From NCBI GenBank assembly GCA_965235115.1, contig OZ249436.1, forward strand, positions 46,874,001 to 46,938,000: a DNA stretch of 64,000 nucleotides, given 5' to 3'. Shown here in pieces: positions 26,181 to 40,100 of the stretch (position 1 is its first letter; each line of letters opens with the position of its first letter). This DNA comes from Laetmonice hystrix (taxonomy: Eukaryota). The translations under genes were made by a program, and so were the position numbers. The notes under the pieces are model-generated. The model saw nothing but the letters and a program-made list of their open reading frames with translations. It was not told the DNA's origin and searched no databases.

Positions 26181-26804
26181 CGCTGCTTCACACGGAGTTA
26201 CACTGGGTCGGTAGACTCTCTCTAAACCATCAACTTTTCACACAGTTTGTCCTCGTGCACCATGCCCTTGCTACACCGGAAGAGCTTGATGCCTATCACT
26301 TCCGGGGTGTCGCGGTAAAAGATTTCCTGTGCAGTCGTTCAGAACTGAAGGAATAATTATGCCATGTAAAAAATACTAGTACTGTTTTATATATCTTTCT
26401 ATCGCTTTCAGTATATTACAAACAATACTTCTTTTTGAAGGTGCGTGCTCTCTGGTCGCTGCTAAAATATCGACTTGTTAAAGGGCATCTGCTACTCGAG
26501 GTCAACGATCGCATCAAAAGCTTCACAGGTGGCGCCACTGAGTTCCATAGAGCTTCATTGTTTCCACACTACGCGGCAGCACCTGCAAGGTTTTTACCCA
26601 GGCGTCAGAGGGCTTTTATGTCCCCTCCGGCCTGGGGATTTACCCGAGGGTGCCTCAGTCTGTCGGGAGGGGGGGGGGGGGGGGGTTGTCAGGAGAAACG
26701 TCCGACTAGTACCATTGGGCCGTTTCTTATAATCAATAGATCTACTACTACAGTACGTTTCTAAACAGGTTTCTTAATGAATAATGCGGCTAATGGTCAC
26801 GACT

Positions 26805-26810
26805 TTTATT
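26805..26810 (-). terminator. Candidate distal poly(A) signal of iRhom (3' UTR up to ~4.3 kb)
   Basis: TTTATT on + strand at the end of an AU-rich stretch, ~500 bp upstream of the MRPL12 promoter. Confidence 0.45.
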
Positions 26811-29800
26811 CACAGCCTTCCTAGAATATATTTTACCTGTCAGTCTAACGATACAGAGAGCACAAACACGATTTTATCACGATATGTTTTAATAAACATA
26901 ATGCTCTTTTTGAGTAGATCTATACAATTGCATTTACTTAGAACATTCTTGGTACTGTACAAAAACACTCAATGCCAGCCTATCTTCCTTTCGCCAGTTT
27001 CGGCACCAGTTTGGCATTATTATCAGGACGTACCGGTAGGTAACAAACGCTTAATTAGCCACTCTCAAACACACGTTCAATCACTGAATCAGACTCACTT
27101 ACTCTATGAATCACGCTCATACCCTCGACTTACAATACTAGTATACAGTGTTATATTCTCGCCTCTTGTACGCCTCAGTTTTCATAGCCCTTCTTTTACA
27201 TACAATCTGTTCTATCGTAGAACATGACAAAATCTGATGCGACTAAACGTTAAATACTTTTCAAGTTTACATACTGGATTCAAAATGATGATGATAATAA
27301 TGAATAAGAAATCTTTTTCGAACAGGTGCATGTGCAGAAATAACGTGGCATTTTAAAAGTTTGAAATACTTGATGTACCAGCGACATGCCAGTGTTTCAC
27401 CACTTCCTTGACGGAAACAATATCGATTATCATTCAATTGAATTCAGATCTCTTGCAATGCAACTGGGTGTCACGTGCACCACTTCTGAGTTACCAGTAG
27501 CCTACCTGTTTCGTTCACGTAAACACAAGAATGACAGATCGATTACGAATAGCCCTAAAAAAAAAAAATAAAAAAAAAAGCCAAAAAAAAAAAAAACAAC
27601 AAAAAAACAACAAAACAAACAACAACAAAAAACTGACGAGCATTGCCTTGGAGGTGTTCAGCATTATGGTTAAATAATATAAACCTTGGCAGTAAGATTC
27701 ATGCTAACCTAATGAAATAACGTATAAATGTTATGTAAGACGTCACAAGATTTCATGTACATCCAGTAATGTCAACATGCTACTTGTCATATTCTTCCCC
27801 CAGCAAGATTTTGTCGAAATTCTTGGTCGATTATCACATTGTATAGTCGCTTGACATCACATTTAGTTTTTGTACTTTCATATACATTGTATATCTATAA
27901 ATCTTCAGTACCCCCGGTAGATTAAACAGTTGTGATAGTTTGCATCACTCACTTTCGGTATAATACAAGCAATGATGTTTCACTTTATTATGACAGTCGC
28001 ATGTTACATCAGAAGACTATCACACAACTATCAATTATGGCATGCATGAAATTCCAAACGTTTCTAGTCAAATGGTGCAGGAGGCAAAGTTTCCAGCCAC
28101 ATGGTACAGAAAACAATGTTTCCAGCCACATATGGTGCTGAAGACAATGTCTCCTGTCACATGGTGCAGGAGACAATGTGGAGACAATGTCTCCTGTCAC
28201 ATGGTGCACAAGACGGCATCAGTTTGGCAGAATGGTAAAACAGTAAGCATCCAAAGCCTTTTTGTGTTTAAGTCTGAAACGACACCAAAATATTGCAATT
28301 GTCTCGTGTCATTAACCCATATCGTTTCATCCAGTCTGAGTGCAGGAATTTCTTAGGAAGTATGACCATAAGGCTGAATTTAGGCCTACTCTTAAATACC
28401 GTTACAAAAATATAAAACAATAATCCACAAATTCCAGGCAACAGTACAAAAGTAGAAACAGTAGAAACAAGCATTCTGTACTAACACGCCCTTCTATGAA
28501 ATCTGTTGATACGTGCAAAAATATAACAGTAACTTCTTGGAATAGCATGGACAATAACTAGAAATATATATTATATCTATTTTATATGTAGAAATATTCA
28601 TGTAACAGTGTAATAATGAGAATGCAAGTAACAAACTTGTATAGTTAAGAGATAGAGCGAGATTGGAAAGGCGTGGCAGGTAGTGGTAATGTGTACACAT
28701 TATAGGCCTACCGGTCTTTAAAACGCTCTTGAAAGGGAAGCTTCCCCACGGTAAAACCTCCAGAAATTTTGTGGGTACGTGCAGTTCAAAACAGTACATC
28801 TCGATTCCAAGCCCCAACCCTAACCCCCGACTTTACCCCCAGATCCTAGACCTCCGACAAAACCCATCCCTAAATTTCGTTAGGGTTTACTAGGGCGGGG
28901 GGCAACTTTTGAAAAGGTCCTAAATATAGGTTCGTGTAGCCAAACATCCTGGAACATCGACTAAATCAACAAGTATCCAAGTCTTTAGAAACATAATAAG
29001 TTTGATTTCACGGGCTGAGGTACTTCTATACTGGGTAACTCCCAAGATCTCTAGCTGAGAAATTAGTTTGCTTTTTGAAGCTCCAGTCTCTACAGACATA
29101 TTGAATATAGCAGGCTACATCTGAGTACAAGCCGTTAACTATAAGTAATGAGATGAGAAAATATTGGCAGTTATAACTTCTACGCCATATGAGAGAATAC
29201 AAAAATAATCTTTGTCTTCAATAAGCAGCACTGCCGATACATTCCCCCACGAGACACCGTTGTTTAACAGCTCAGTAGAGGCCATTTTTGAAGTTCATTG
29301 TTAGCAATGTGCATGGTGTAGCCTACATGTATATGTATACTGTATAATTATTGTGGTTGCATCCGTTGTCCCAAGACCTGTTGTCCAGGAACAGGAATGT
29401 GATTGGCCATTTGGAAAACACAATGGGCGTCAGCCCCTCATCACTGACGTCATCAACTGATTACGGATAAAACCGTCGCCATCGTTACGGTGTTTCAAAA
29501 CTTCATTCTGTTTATAAGTTTTAGAGTGTAATGTTCATGTGAAGATCCTAACACACGTATGTGGTCGCGATCTGAAATACCGGACTTCTCTCTCACATAG
29601 ACACCGATTGGCTGACTCAGCATCACGTGACACTGCTATAATTAACCTGGAATACGGTACAGAGGGCTCTGATAACATTGTCACGAAGGTCGGGGTAGAC
29701 ACAGCGCTAGGGACAGGGTTTTGTTGAGGTTTTTTTTTCGGTAAGTTTAGGGAACAGGAGTGCTCTTGCTACCAAATTTTGTGGCTATATATTATGTTAC

Positions 29801-29835
29801 CCTGGACCGTTACTGTGCATAGACCATGAAGTAAC

Positions 29836-30110
29836 ACCACTCATATTAGTGTTACAGAAACGTCAGTCAACACCTCATATTAGTGTTACAGTAGTACGTC
29901 ATTCAACACTCATATTAGTGTTACAGTAACGTCTCAGTCAACACTTAGTGTTACAGTAACTTCAGTCAACACCTCATATTAGTGTTAGTGTTACAGTAAC
30001 GTCAGTCAACACCTCATATTCCCGGTTCATGCTGCTGTCAACACTTTGTGTAACAGTAACGTCAGTCAACACCTCATTTTAGTGTTAGTGTTACAGTAAC
30101 GTCATTCAAC
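29836..30110. repeat. Degenerate ~33-bp minisatellite (CACCTCATATTAGTGTTACAGTAACGTCAGTCAA) in the putative iRhom 3' UTR
   Basis: About 7 imperfect tandem copies visible. Confidence 0.85.
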
Positions 30111-31134
30111 GCCTCTGCTTTGGCACACCTTTATGTCCTCCAGCATGATACAAAATGACTAGTCGTAGTAGTAGCCTTTCGAAGAGAACCTGCCTCTAAT
30201 ACAAAGCACTTACAAACGTTCCATAGTACTAGATAATTATGATGTCTAACTTGTCGGAGTTCATCATCTCGGCTCGTCGGGAAAAAAAATCCAGAAAACG
30301 GAACTATTATCTGAAATCTTGATCTGTACGGATTCTGAAAATAATCTGAGATTTCTTTTTTGCTTATCAGCATCTTTATACTCGAGTGTTACCTGAGAAT
30401 AGATTTAGAAATATTTCTTTGTCAACACTACTGGCCACATGGCAACGTGTTACATCTGTTTCAGCTGGAGGAAAACTTGACCACACTAAACGAGACTGGA
30501 TAGCATCATATTCAGACAAAGAAGACAAAAGAGAAAACCCCCATTACATATATAAATACCTGTTTGAGATACAAGCGGTAGAACATTGGCGAGTATGATC
30601 TAAGCCACCTACTTAACACATAAACCAGAGCTAGGAAAATACTGAACAGTACGAAGCTAAATACTTCAGTGTAAATATGAGTCAGCATCTGTTGTGAGAT
30701 TTATAAAACGTTTTAAAGGGGGCAAAACATTCTGTGATCAGTTCTTTAATCCTGATAGATTTAGTTTGCATCTATTTACTGAAGTTAGTTGAAATAAAAT
30801 GCAGTTATCTTCACTGAGCTACCAGAGTTCAATCAAGTGATTCTTTCTGTAGTTATAATGGTATTTGCTTTAACATCTTAACACATACCGTATTCAAGTA
30901 CTGTACCGTTGTTTGCCTTTGTAGATAATAATATCAAAATATAACATCACCTGTGCAGCTACATCTTACGGTCTACAACCCTAGACCCATCAGTGTTGAC
31001 CTGTTACCATGGAAACATGCGGTAACAGGTCCCGGATGATCGTCGAGTCACGACCCAGCACAGTATAAATCAACGTGTAAGTACGAATCTTCCCGCCAGG
31101 TGGCCCCCCAGTCGGACGCACCAACTGACCGGGA

Positions 31135-34100
31135 CTATGAACGACGTCGGATTTCAACCTGCATACTCTCGCAGAACTTTGGCGTGAATGGTATACAGTT
31201 AAAGTATTGACAGTTTGGACAGCTGTACACTCCGATCACATAGAACAACACAACCAGCAATGACAGCAGACCTACCGCTGTCAGCAAACATAATATTATC
31301 CCGACTATTTTCCTTGTCCTGTCAAACTTTCCAAAAGTCACGTATGGCATGAGAGCGAAGGAAAGTAAGAATCCGAAGAGAAATCCTACAAGGTGTGCAT
31401 AGTTATCGACCATTGGTAGGAGGCCGACGAGGAAGAGGACGAGAAGAATGATTGACAGCTTGCCGATCGACCAGAACGGGTGTTGCAGGATGTACCAGTT
31501 CTGAATAATCTCGACGAATAGACAGGCGAGGAGACCGAACTGACTGCCCGCTGGTCCCGCCTGCAAATCAAACACACATACAGAACCTATTCTTTATGCA
31601 GTTCTATCCCTATCTTTACTTTAACTTAAGTAAAAGTATATCCTTTTCCAATGTTATGTAGAATAATATGCAATTTCTACATGTAAATGTACTCCCTTGC
31701 TGATATAAGCATCAGCTAGTACTGGTATTGGTATTTAAAGCGGCATGCTATGACACCACGCTCCTGGCCACCTAGTGTCTTATTTGATAACGAAGACTTT
31801 GCTGTGCTGATGCAGCTAGAAATAGCAATGTGGACGATTGCATCGCCTCCCTGTCACACAACGATGCGGGCGAGAGTCTCAGTTGATATAAAACTAACCT
31901 CGACGTGGTAGGGTAGAAAGATCGCTGACGAGAGACTGCCAGCGATACCACTGCCAAGGTAGACGATGGCGATCCGCAGCCAGCCTGCCAACTTCTCCAG
32001 GTCACGCATGATGAAGAACTGGAAGAGTACCGTCACTCCGAGCTGGAGGAGTCTGGAGGGACACAGAAAACAACTGTCTGTCACTGCCTACTTTTATCTA
32101 ACCAGTTATACCCAATATCTTTCTACCACGTGACAACCTGATATCTTTAAATCGTATTGTACATTTCATCTTTCTGTTTTTACGAATTTTTTAATTATTA
32201 TATTTTCACTCAATGAACTATATACGGTACTAACCCAGCGTGTAGGAAGAGTGCTGTCCATAGACGGTAGAACTGGTCAGGGCGATTTATGTCCAGGAAC
32301 GGTATCATGCCACAGATCTCGTTCATACATGACACCTACAACATACCACAAATCTCGTTCATGCACGACACCTACAACATACCACAGATCTCGTTCATAC
32401 ATGACACCTACAACATACCACAGATCTCGTTCATACATGACACCTACAACATACCACAAATCTCGTTCATACATGACACCTACAACATACCACAGATCTC
32501 GTTCATACATGACACCTACAACATACCTCGTTCATACACGACACCTACAACATACCACAGATCTCGTTCATACATGACACCTACAACATACCACAGATCT
32601 CGTTCATACATGACACCTACAACATACCTCGTTCATACATGACACCTACAACATACCACAGATCTCGTTCATACATGACACCTACAACATACCACAGATC
32701 TCATTCATACATGACACCTACAACATACCACTGATCTCGTTCATACACCACACCTACAACATACCACAGATCTCGTTCATACATGACACCTACAACATAC
32801 CACAAATCTCGTCCATACAGGACACCTACAACATACCACAGATCTCGTTCATACATGACACCTACAACATACCACTGATCTCGTTCATACACCACACCTA
32901 CAACATACCACAGATCTCGTTCATACATGACACCTACAACATACCACAGATCTCATTCATGCATGACACCTACAACATACCACTGATCTCGTTCATACAC
33001 CACACCTACAACATACCACAGATCTCGTTCATACATGACACCTACAACATACCACAAATCTCGTCCATACAGGACACCTACAACATACCACAGATCTCGT
33101 TCATACAGGACACTTACAACATACCACTGATCTCGTTCATACACCACACCTACAACATACCACAGATCTCGTTCATACATGACACCTACAACATACCACA
33201 GATCCCGCTCATACAGGACACCTACAACATACCACAGATCTCATTCATACATGACACCTACAACATACCACAGATCTCGTTCATACATGACACCTACAAC
33301 ATACCACAAATCTCGTTCATACATGACACCTACAACATACCACAGATCTCATTCATACATGACACCTACAACATACCACAGATCTCGTTCATACACCACA
33401 CCTACAACATACCACAGATCTCGTTCATACATGACACCTACAACATACCACAGATCTCGCTCATACAGGACACCTACAACATACCACAGATCTCGTTCAT
33501 ACATGACACCTACAACATACCACAGATCTCGTTCATACATGACACCTACAACATACCACAGATCTCATTCATACATGACACCTACAACATACCACAGATC
33601 TCATTCATACATGACACCTACAACATACCACAGATCTCGTTCATACACCACACCTACAACATACCACAGATCTCGCTCATACATGACACCTACAACATAC
33701 CACAGATCTCGTTCATACACCACACCTACAACATACCACAGATCTCGTTCATACATGACACCTACAACATACCACAGATCTCATTCATACATGACACCTA
33801 CAACATACCACAGATCTCGTTCATACATGACACCTACAACATACCACAGATCTCGTTCATACATGACACCTACAACATACCACAGATCTCGTTCATACAT
33901 GACACCTACAACATACCACAGATCTCGTTCATACATGACACCTACAACATACCACAGATCTCGTTCATACATGACACCTACACCCGCATACAGTCACAAC
34001 ACAGCGAGGACATCACATCATACAAATATACTTCAAATCAATCCTTTAAAAGCAACTGATTTCGGATTAGCCAGACATCTTCAATTGCCCGCCAAATGAT

Positions 34101-37100
34101 TTGTGCCAAGACCCTTTATTAATTCATCTTTCCTATAGAAATCAATCCAATTTGTTATGAAAACACTACCTACTATTTTCTGCCACACCTTACTTCACTT
34201 GTTAATTTTCCATTTCCTCTCTTCGTCACAAACGAGACAGAGAAAGAGCTGACCTGTGCGCAAATAGAGGCTTCCTCATGAAAATAGCCACGGCGGAACT
34301 CGCAGTATTCCCTCGTTGTGATGATACACTCTCCTTGTATTCCTACGCAGCACGGTCGGCCAACAACTTCACAATTCAAATGTTGGTGTTCCTTAACTCT
34401 TGTCACATTGGTCTTCAGTGTGCATAACTAAAACCATAAGACAATTAGCTAAAACCATAACACAATTAGCTACAACCATAACACAATTAGCTAAAACCAT
34501 AACACAATAAGCTATAAAATCATGAAGATAATTTGGTCAGATATTGTGAACATTCAATACATCCAACCTACCGGCCACCGTGTGATATCATCTTCCCACT
34601 CAAATCCTCCTGTTGACAATGGCCAGAGACAGTTTTGAGGACCAACCCCACACACCGACCCAGACTTCCGACGTTTCGGGCCGAGGTTCGGGCCGAGGTT
34701 CTCATCATTCCACTTAAACCACGTGGACAAGGTTTTCTAGTGATGAGATAACAAAGACAAAACATACAAACTTTCGACCCTCACTTATGACAAATATTAG
34801 AAATCTCATGTTAAAATGTATCATAATGTTGAAATAACTAATATTACACTTTCAGGACAAAAACTTTCCTTCTTTAAACCACAGTTCCATTTCTCAGAAG
34901 ATGCTGACACCGTTATACTTACTGAACACTCAAGTTCCTCCGTCTGTACGCAGCCTGAGCCATCGTTCCGAATACAACACGCCGTTTTACTCTCTTTCAC
35001 ACGGTCCATCTCTATGGCTGCCTCCACATTTTCATCCTTCCGCATACAGGGAGAATATTTCGCTCCCAAGTGGATCAGATCAGCCTGAATGTACCATTAA
35101 CCAAATTAATTTATATCAAATAATTAAACCTAATCAGGATTTAATCTCTTAAGGATTACAATAAATTAAGTACTGGTCTAAAATATATGGGAAACATGCG
35201 ATGAGACACCATTAACAAAAGTGAAGTTTGAGGAACATAAAACTTACTTGTCTCGGGCCTATCCAGAAATTGTCCTTCTCAAAGAAGTGCTTCTTTTCTA
35301 TGGCTAAACTTGGCATCATCACCTGCAGGGAAAATCAAACAAACCACTAGAATAACTCGCCAATTTTATACTTGTGCACAGACCTACACAAGTTAAGAAC
35401 ATTTCAAATAACTGTAAACCGGCCGGTCTATGCATACATACTGAAATAAACACGTAAAGTGGTGGTTGTTAGTATACGGTACCTACATCGCCAGTGATGA
35501 GTGTGTCCTCGAATCCAACCGGTGCGATCCCATACACAGCCACTGAGATGATGTAGATAAGGACTTGTACAAACGTCACCCAATATGTGAAATATGGTCT
35601 GAAACCACACAACAGAAAACAAGCCAGGTTAGCTGACATTGAATTGGATAAAATGGTTAACTCATACACAGCTCCTTGCCTTATTTGAACATCCACATAA
35701 CAGAACTTTTCTTCTCATACGAATTTCTTTCTTTGTAGGACTCGAGAAATTCTCTGGAGTTCCAAATTACCACTCTTGAATTCTTCAGTTGGCAAAAAAG
35801 AGTGGATTACAAGTACCTTCACCCCCTACTCTCAACCAAATAAAGTCGTGCCTTTTACAGTATCTTAGACGGTAGTTAGGGACGCCAGTAGTTGGTTACC
35901 AAGGTTACCTGTGGTCGTCAATGTCATCAAGCTGTGCCTTGATGTCGCTGTCGATACGTTCTCGCCGGTAACTCGTTTTAAACAATCTCCCCACAACTCC
36001 CTTTCCGATCTCACGCCGGTCCGAATTGTCCGCAAAGTCGGAGATGACTTTCTCGGGAAGTCGATGCATTGGAGAGAAAGGTCCACCGTCCGGCTCGTCG
36101 ATGTCCTCATCGATGACGGGAGTACCCGGGGCAGGTGTGGGTTTCTGTCGGCCCAGCTGCCAGCCGCTCTTTACAGGCCTAGAACGGATAAACAGTGGGT
36201 CCTTAAACCTGACTGTGCGCGGTCAACGCACCACGCACCGAGTCAGACGGAGAGAGAGGTAGAGACGACAGGTCGCCAGGGTAGGTGGGCAGACAGGGAG
36301 ACAGACACAGGGTAACAACAAAAATCAGCTGGGGGAATTCCCCATATAATCTCCACGTCCCTGGAAGAAAGAAGAAATCAATAACAGCACGTGCTTACAC
36401 TTACATGTAGATCTACTATCACATCCTGCTGACCGACTATTAAAACATTCATCTGCCCGAATACATCCTGCTGACCGACTATTAAAACATTCATCTGCCC
36501 GAATACATCCTGCTGACCGACTATTAAAACATTCATCTGCCCGAATACATCCTGCTGACCGACTATTAAAACATTCATCTGCCCGAATACATCCTGCTGA
36601 CCGACTATTAAAACATTCATCTGCCCGAATACATCCTGCTGACCGACTATTAAACATTCATCTGCCCGAATACATCCTGCTGACCGACTATTAAAACATT
36701 CATCTGCCCGAATACATCCTGCTGACCGACTATTAAATATTAATCTCACAGAGTCTGCAGATCTTCAGTAACTACCCACATCATACTCTCACAATGTATT
36801 TCACATAAAAGGTTCGAGAAATCAAATCAATCAAAAAGCAAAGCAAAAACAATCCATCTTTTACTAAAATATCGCCAAGAACGCAAATTATAAAACAAAG
36901 CACACGATAATGGGTGAGGTATTCCCAATGTCCTTCAGACGTATCATGAGGAGAAGATGGCACGTTTCTCTATATACATCCATGCTGTTACTCTATACTT
37001 TCATGTCAAAGCTTACGTTTATCTAAATGTATCCTTAATGCCACATTTCAGGGTGCTCTACGGAGTTTATCTACTATGGTACGAGATATCTCATTCTTGG

Positions 37101-40100
37101 ATTAAATTATTTTATCGCAATAGTAGTGTCATGCGTTTCATAAGTTTAATACGAATATTTTGCACCTTCTATCACCATCACCTAAGCTCCCAGGCTGAAG
37201 AACATATTTCAGAAAATATACGAAAATGGAAACTACAAGCATCGACATTTTCAATTTTTTGGAAATTAACAGGCAATCCCGTTGGATTCATCGGAGGGTG
37301 TTTAATGAGGGATCCGAATAACCCCGGCGACCGGGCAGGGTGAGGCAAGGAATGATAACACGGGATAAGTCAACTGAAGGTCATCAATAGGTCATCAGTT
37401 ACTGACAGGGAATTTTGAGAGACGTTCCATGCAAAATGTAGACCTTAACACAAGACAGACCGTGAGATAGTAGGCCTGGTTAAAAAATAACAATAACAAC
37501 GTGGCTTCGATCACAGTTACACCTAACTTAGATATAATATATAGAACTACCTTATTTAAAACTACTCCATCTCTTTGACACGGCATCTAGTAAAAGACAC
37601 AAGTAGGGAAGAAGTAGATAGGCCTACGATAGGGTACCACAAAATTAGGTATTCAATCTAGCATGTCACTTTTTATCACAGATTAGGCCTACATTTAAAA
37701 TGGGTTCCAGAACTAATCTTCAGAATATAATGAATGTTTTTTTTTCTATTTAGAAATGTCCTTCATCACTGTCGGTTTACCGTAACAGAGCCGTACGCAG
37801 CCGAGAGTTATTGAGGGCATACTGTAGTTTGGAGGGACACTCATGTGGATTTACGGGCACATTACTCTCAACTTTACAAGGTCTCCTCTCTGTTTTTTAT
37901 TTCAAAAAGGACACCTTTTTTTCCGTATTACGAACAGTGCTAACTGCCCCCCCCCCCTCCCTTCCACTGGGTACGGCCCCGTATAAGCAAGGATATGGTC
38001 TAACGTCTGTGAAGAGAAAGAACTTGTAGTTGTAGTAAGGACGAGGGAAGGATGTGCCTTGCATGCCGAACCTTTGTAACAACCAAACTAAACAGCACGT
38101 ACAGATCGGGAGGGAATCCGTCTGTGAGATGATGGCAAATCTAAAAGAAAAGGCATTAAGTGCAAGCGGCAGGATGGAGATAAGCAAACAACCAGCCCCG
38201 GAGAAGGTAGAGAGAGGTCCATATTGTCAGTTTCTAAGACCTGCTCAAGGTTATGGCTAACCATCGGCCCGGCACACCCGGCGGCTCGGCTCCGTCATCG
38301 CTGTCAATCCGCAGCGCCTCCTGGCGGACGAGCTTCCGTCGCTTACTGTAACGTCACCAAGTTATTACGTCACCAATGGCACTCACCGTTAAATACTGGA
38401 TGTCGTAATAAAAGGTCAATTCATGCGTTAGCCCGTAACCCACCAACTTCATGTTGGTTGATTTACTAAATGCTTTCAGGACTGAGAGAAATATGTCTTG
38501 TCCATCGGAGCTGTAGGGGAAATCCCGGTGCAGACCAGTTTAATGATTGATGCCCTATACACGACTTATATTTACTCAGGTCAAACTCAGACAAGACTCT
38601 GCTGTACTTTACACAGATAAACATAATTCAAAACCTGTCTGTTGGTCACTTCATAAACATGGACGATTTCACGGAATACAATCAATACAATTATAATAAA
38701 GGTTGCACTGGTGACATAGAGTATTGCTATGTCTGCTGAACCTTGGCCGTCTGGGCAGACCAGCTTACCATAGGCCTAACAATAATCACTACCAGACAGC
38801 CTGGTGTGAGATATGTATTAATTATTCATGCAAATCCTCCAGATCCCACTGATCATCAGCTCGAGACGGGGACTTTCCCACTCTGAACCAAGGTCGATGA
38901 ATGATGTCGTCAGCCTAAAATAGGGGCTGACTGAGGTGTTCTCGTTCACACTCAGCGCTCGGTCAGTCTGGCTACAGGCCCCACCCACCTCTGTCTGTGC
39001 CGGCCAGTATAATTCTGTTGAATGCCAATCACATCTGACAGAGGTAGTCTGTCTTGTTGCCTCTGTGCTGGCGAGGACAATGCTATCACTTTTATCTGAG
39101 CTGGTGAGTACAACTCTACAACTTTCGAGTTGGTCAGTACAATCATACTGAATGCCAAATTAACTGACCCATTCCGTGACACAGACCGAGTGAGGAGATC
39201 ATCAAATTTAGAGAATAGTTTTTCATGATTAGGAACCAAAGAACCACTTCCCCCTGGCTAAAAATCTCTGCTAAGCCAGTCCAGTTTCAATACTACCATC
39301 ACTATGTCCTCACCAATATCCGTGGAGGCACAACTAGATCGATATTTAAAGTTTTTTCCTTCTCTTACTTCGCGAAATAACAAAACACATGCATGCATAT
39401 TGGTGCAGCGAATGCTAGATACGTATTTGTGTAAAAACATATAATTCAAGCAGGGGCAAAAGTGAAGTAAATCATTGGGGTTTCATGAAATTTTCCTAAA
39501 AAAGATCTCCAGTGGTGATAAGAATTGAACTGAATTGAATTCTTTCTTGCAGATTCAATACATGTACATGGTTACATTTGTCCATGAATTGATGAAATAA
39601 AAAATGAAAATAAAAACGTGACTACAGTGTAATAAATATGGTATTGAATATGGCAATAAATATGGTAATAAAAATGGTAGTAAATACGGCCAAGGATGTG
39701 AATACTGACCTCCTGAGGGGTTTAGTTTCCTCCGTCCGACCGTTTTCCCCTCTGTGTTCGTCCTCCTCCTCCTCTTGGTCTGTACGCCGACTGCCTTCCC
39801 AGAGGGTGGGCAGGGGCAGGGCTGGGGTGGGCAGGGGTAGGGCCTGGGTGGTCAGGGGCACGGCCGGGCTGGATGGTGGAGTGGTGGCGGCCAACCCCTC
39901 CGAGTCCAGGTCAAAGGGCTGAGAGCCGCCCATGTTGAGGAGGGGAGGAGGCCCTGAGAATGGCCGGACCAGTGGGCTGGTCGGGGCGGGCGTGTTGAAG
40001 AAAACGTCGTCCAGGATCATTTCCTCCGAACCAAATACTGAATCTGCTGGACTCTGTCGTAAGAAAATCATTAAAGCTTCTTCTCAGGACCAAGTTAGAC

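Noticed and set aside
32310..33981. CRISPR-like appearance of the 36-bp repeats (also the 42- and 44-bp arrays)
   Set aside because: Units are head-to-tail with no unique spacers; no cas genes; eukaryotic intronic context.
32251..34099. Long ORFs (366 aa [12 protein letters not shown] repeats; 306 aa) on the + strand
   Set aside because: Artefacts of a 36-bp frame-preserving tandem repeat antisense to an iRhom intron; no independent start or splice context.
36421..36737. 42-bp array as a sixth splice-site-anchored repeat
   Set aside because: It ends ~60 nt from the nearest candidate acceptor (36360) and contains no assignable exon sequence.
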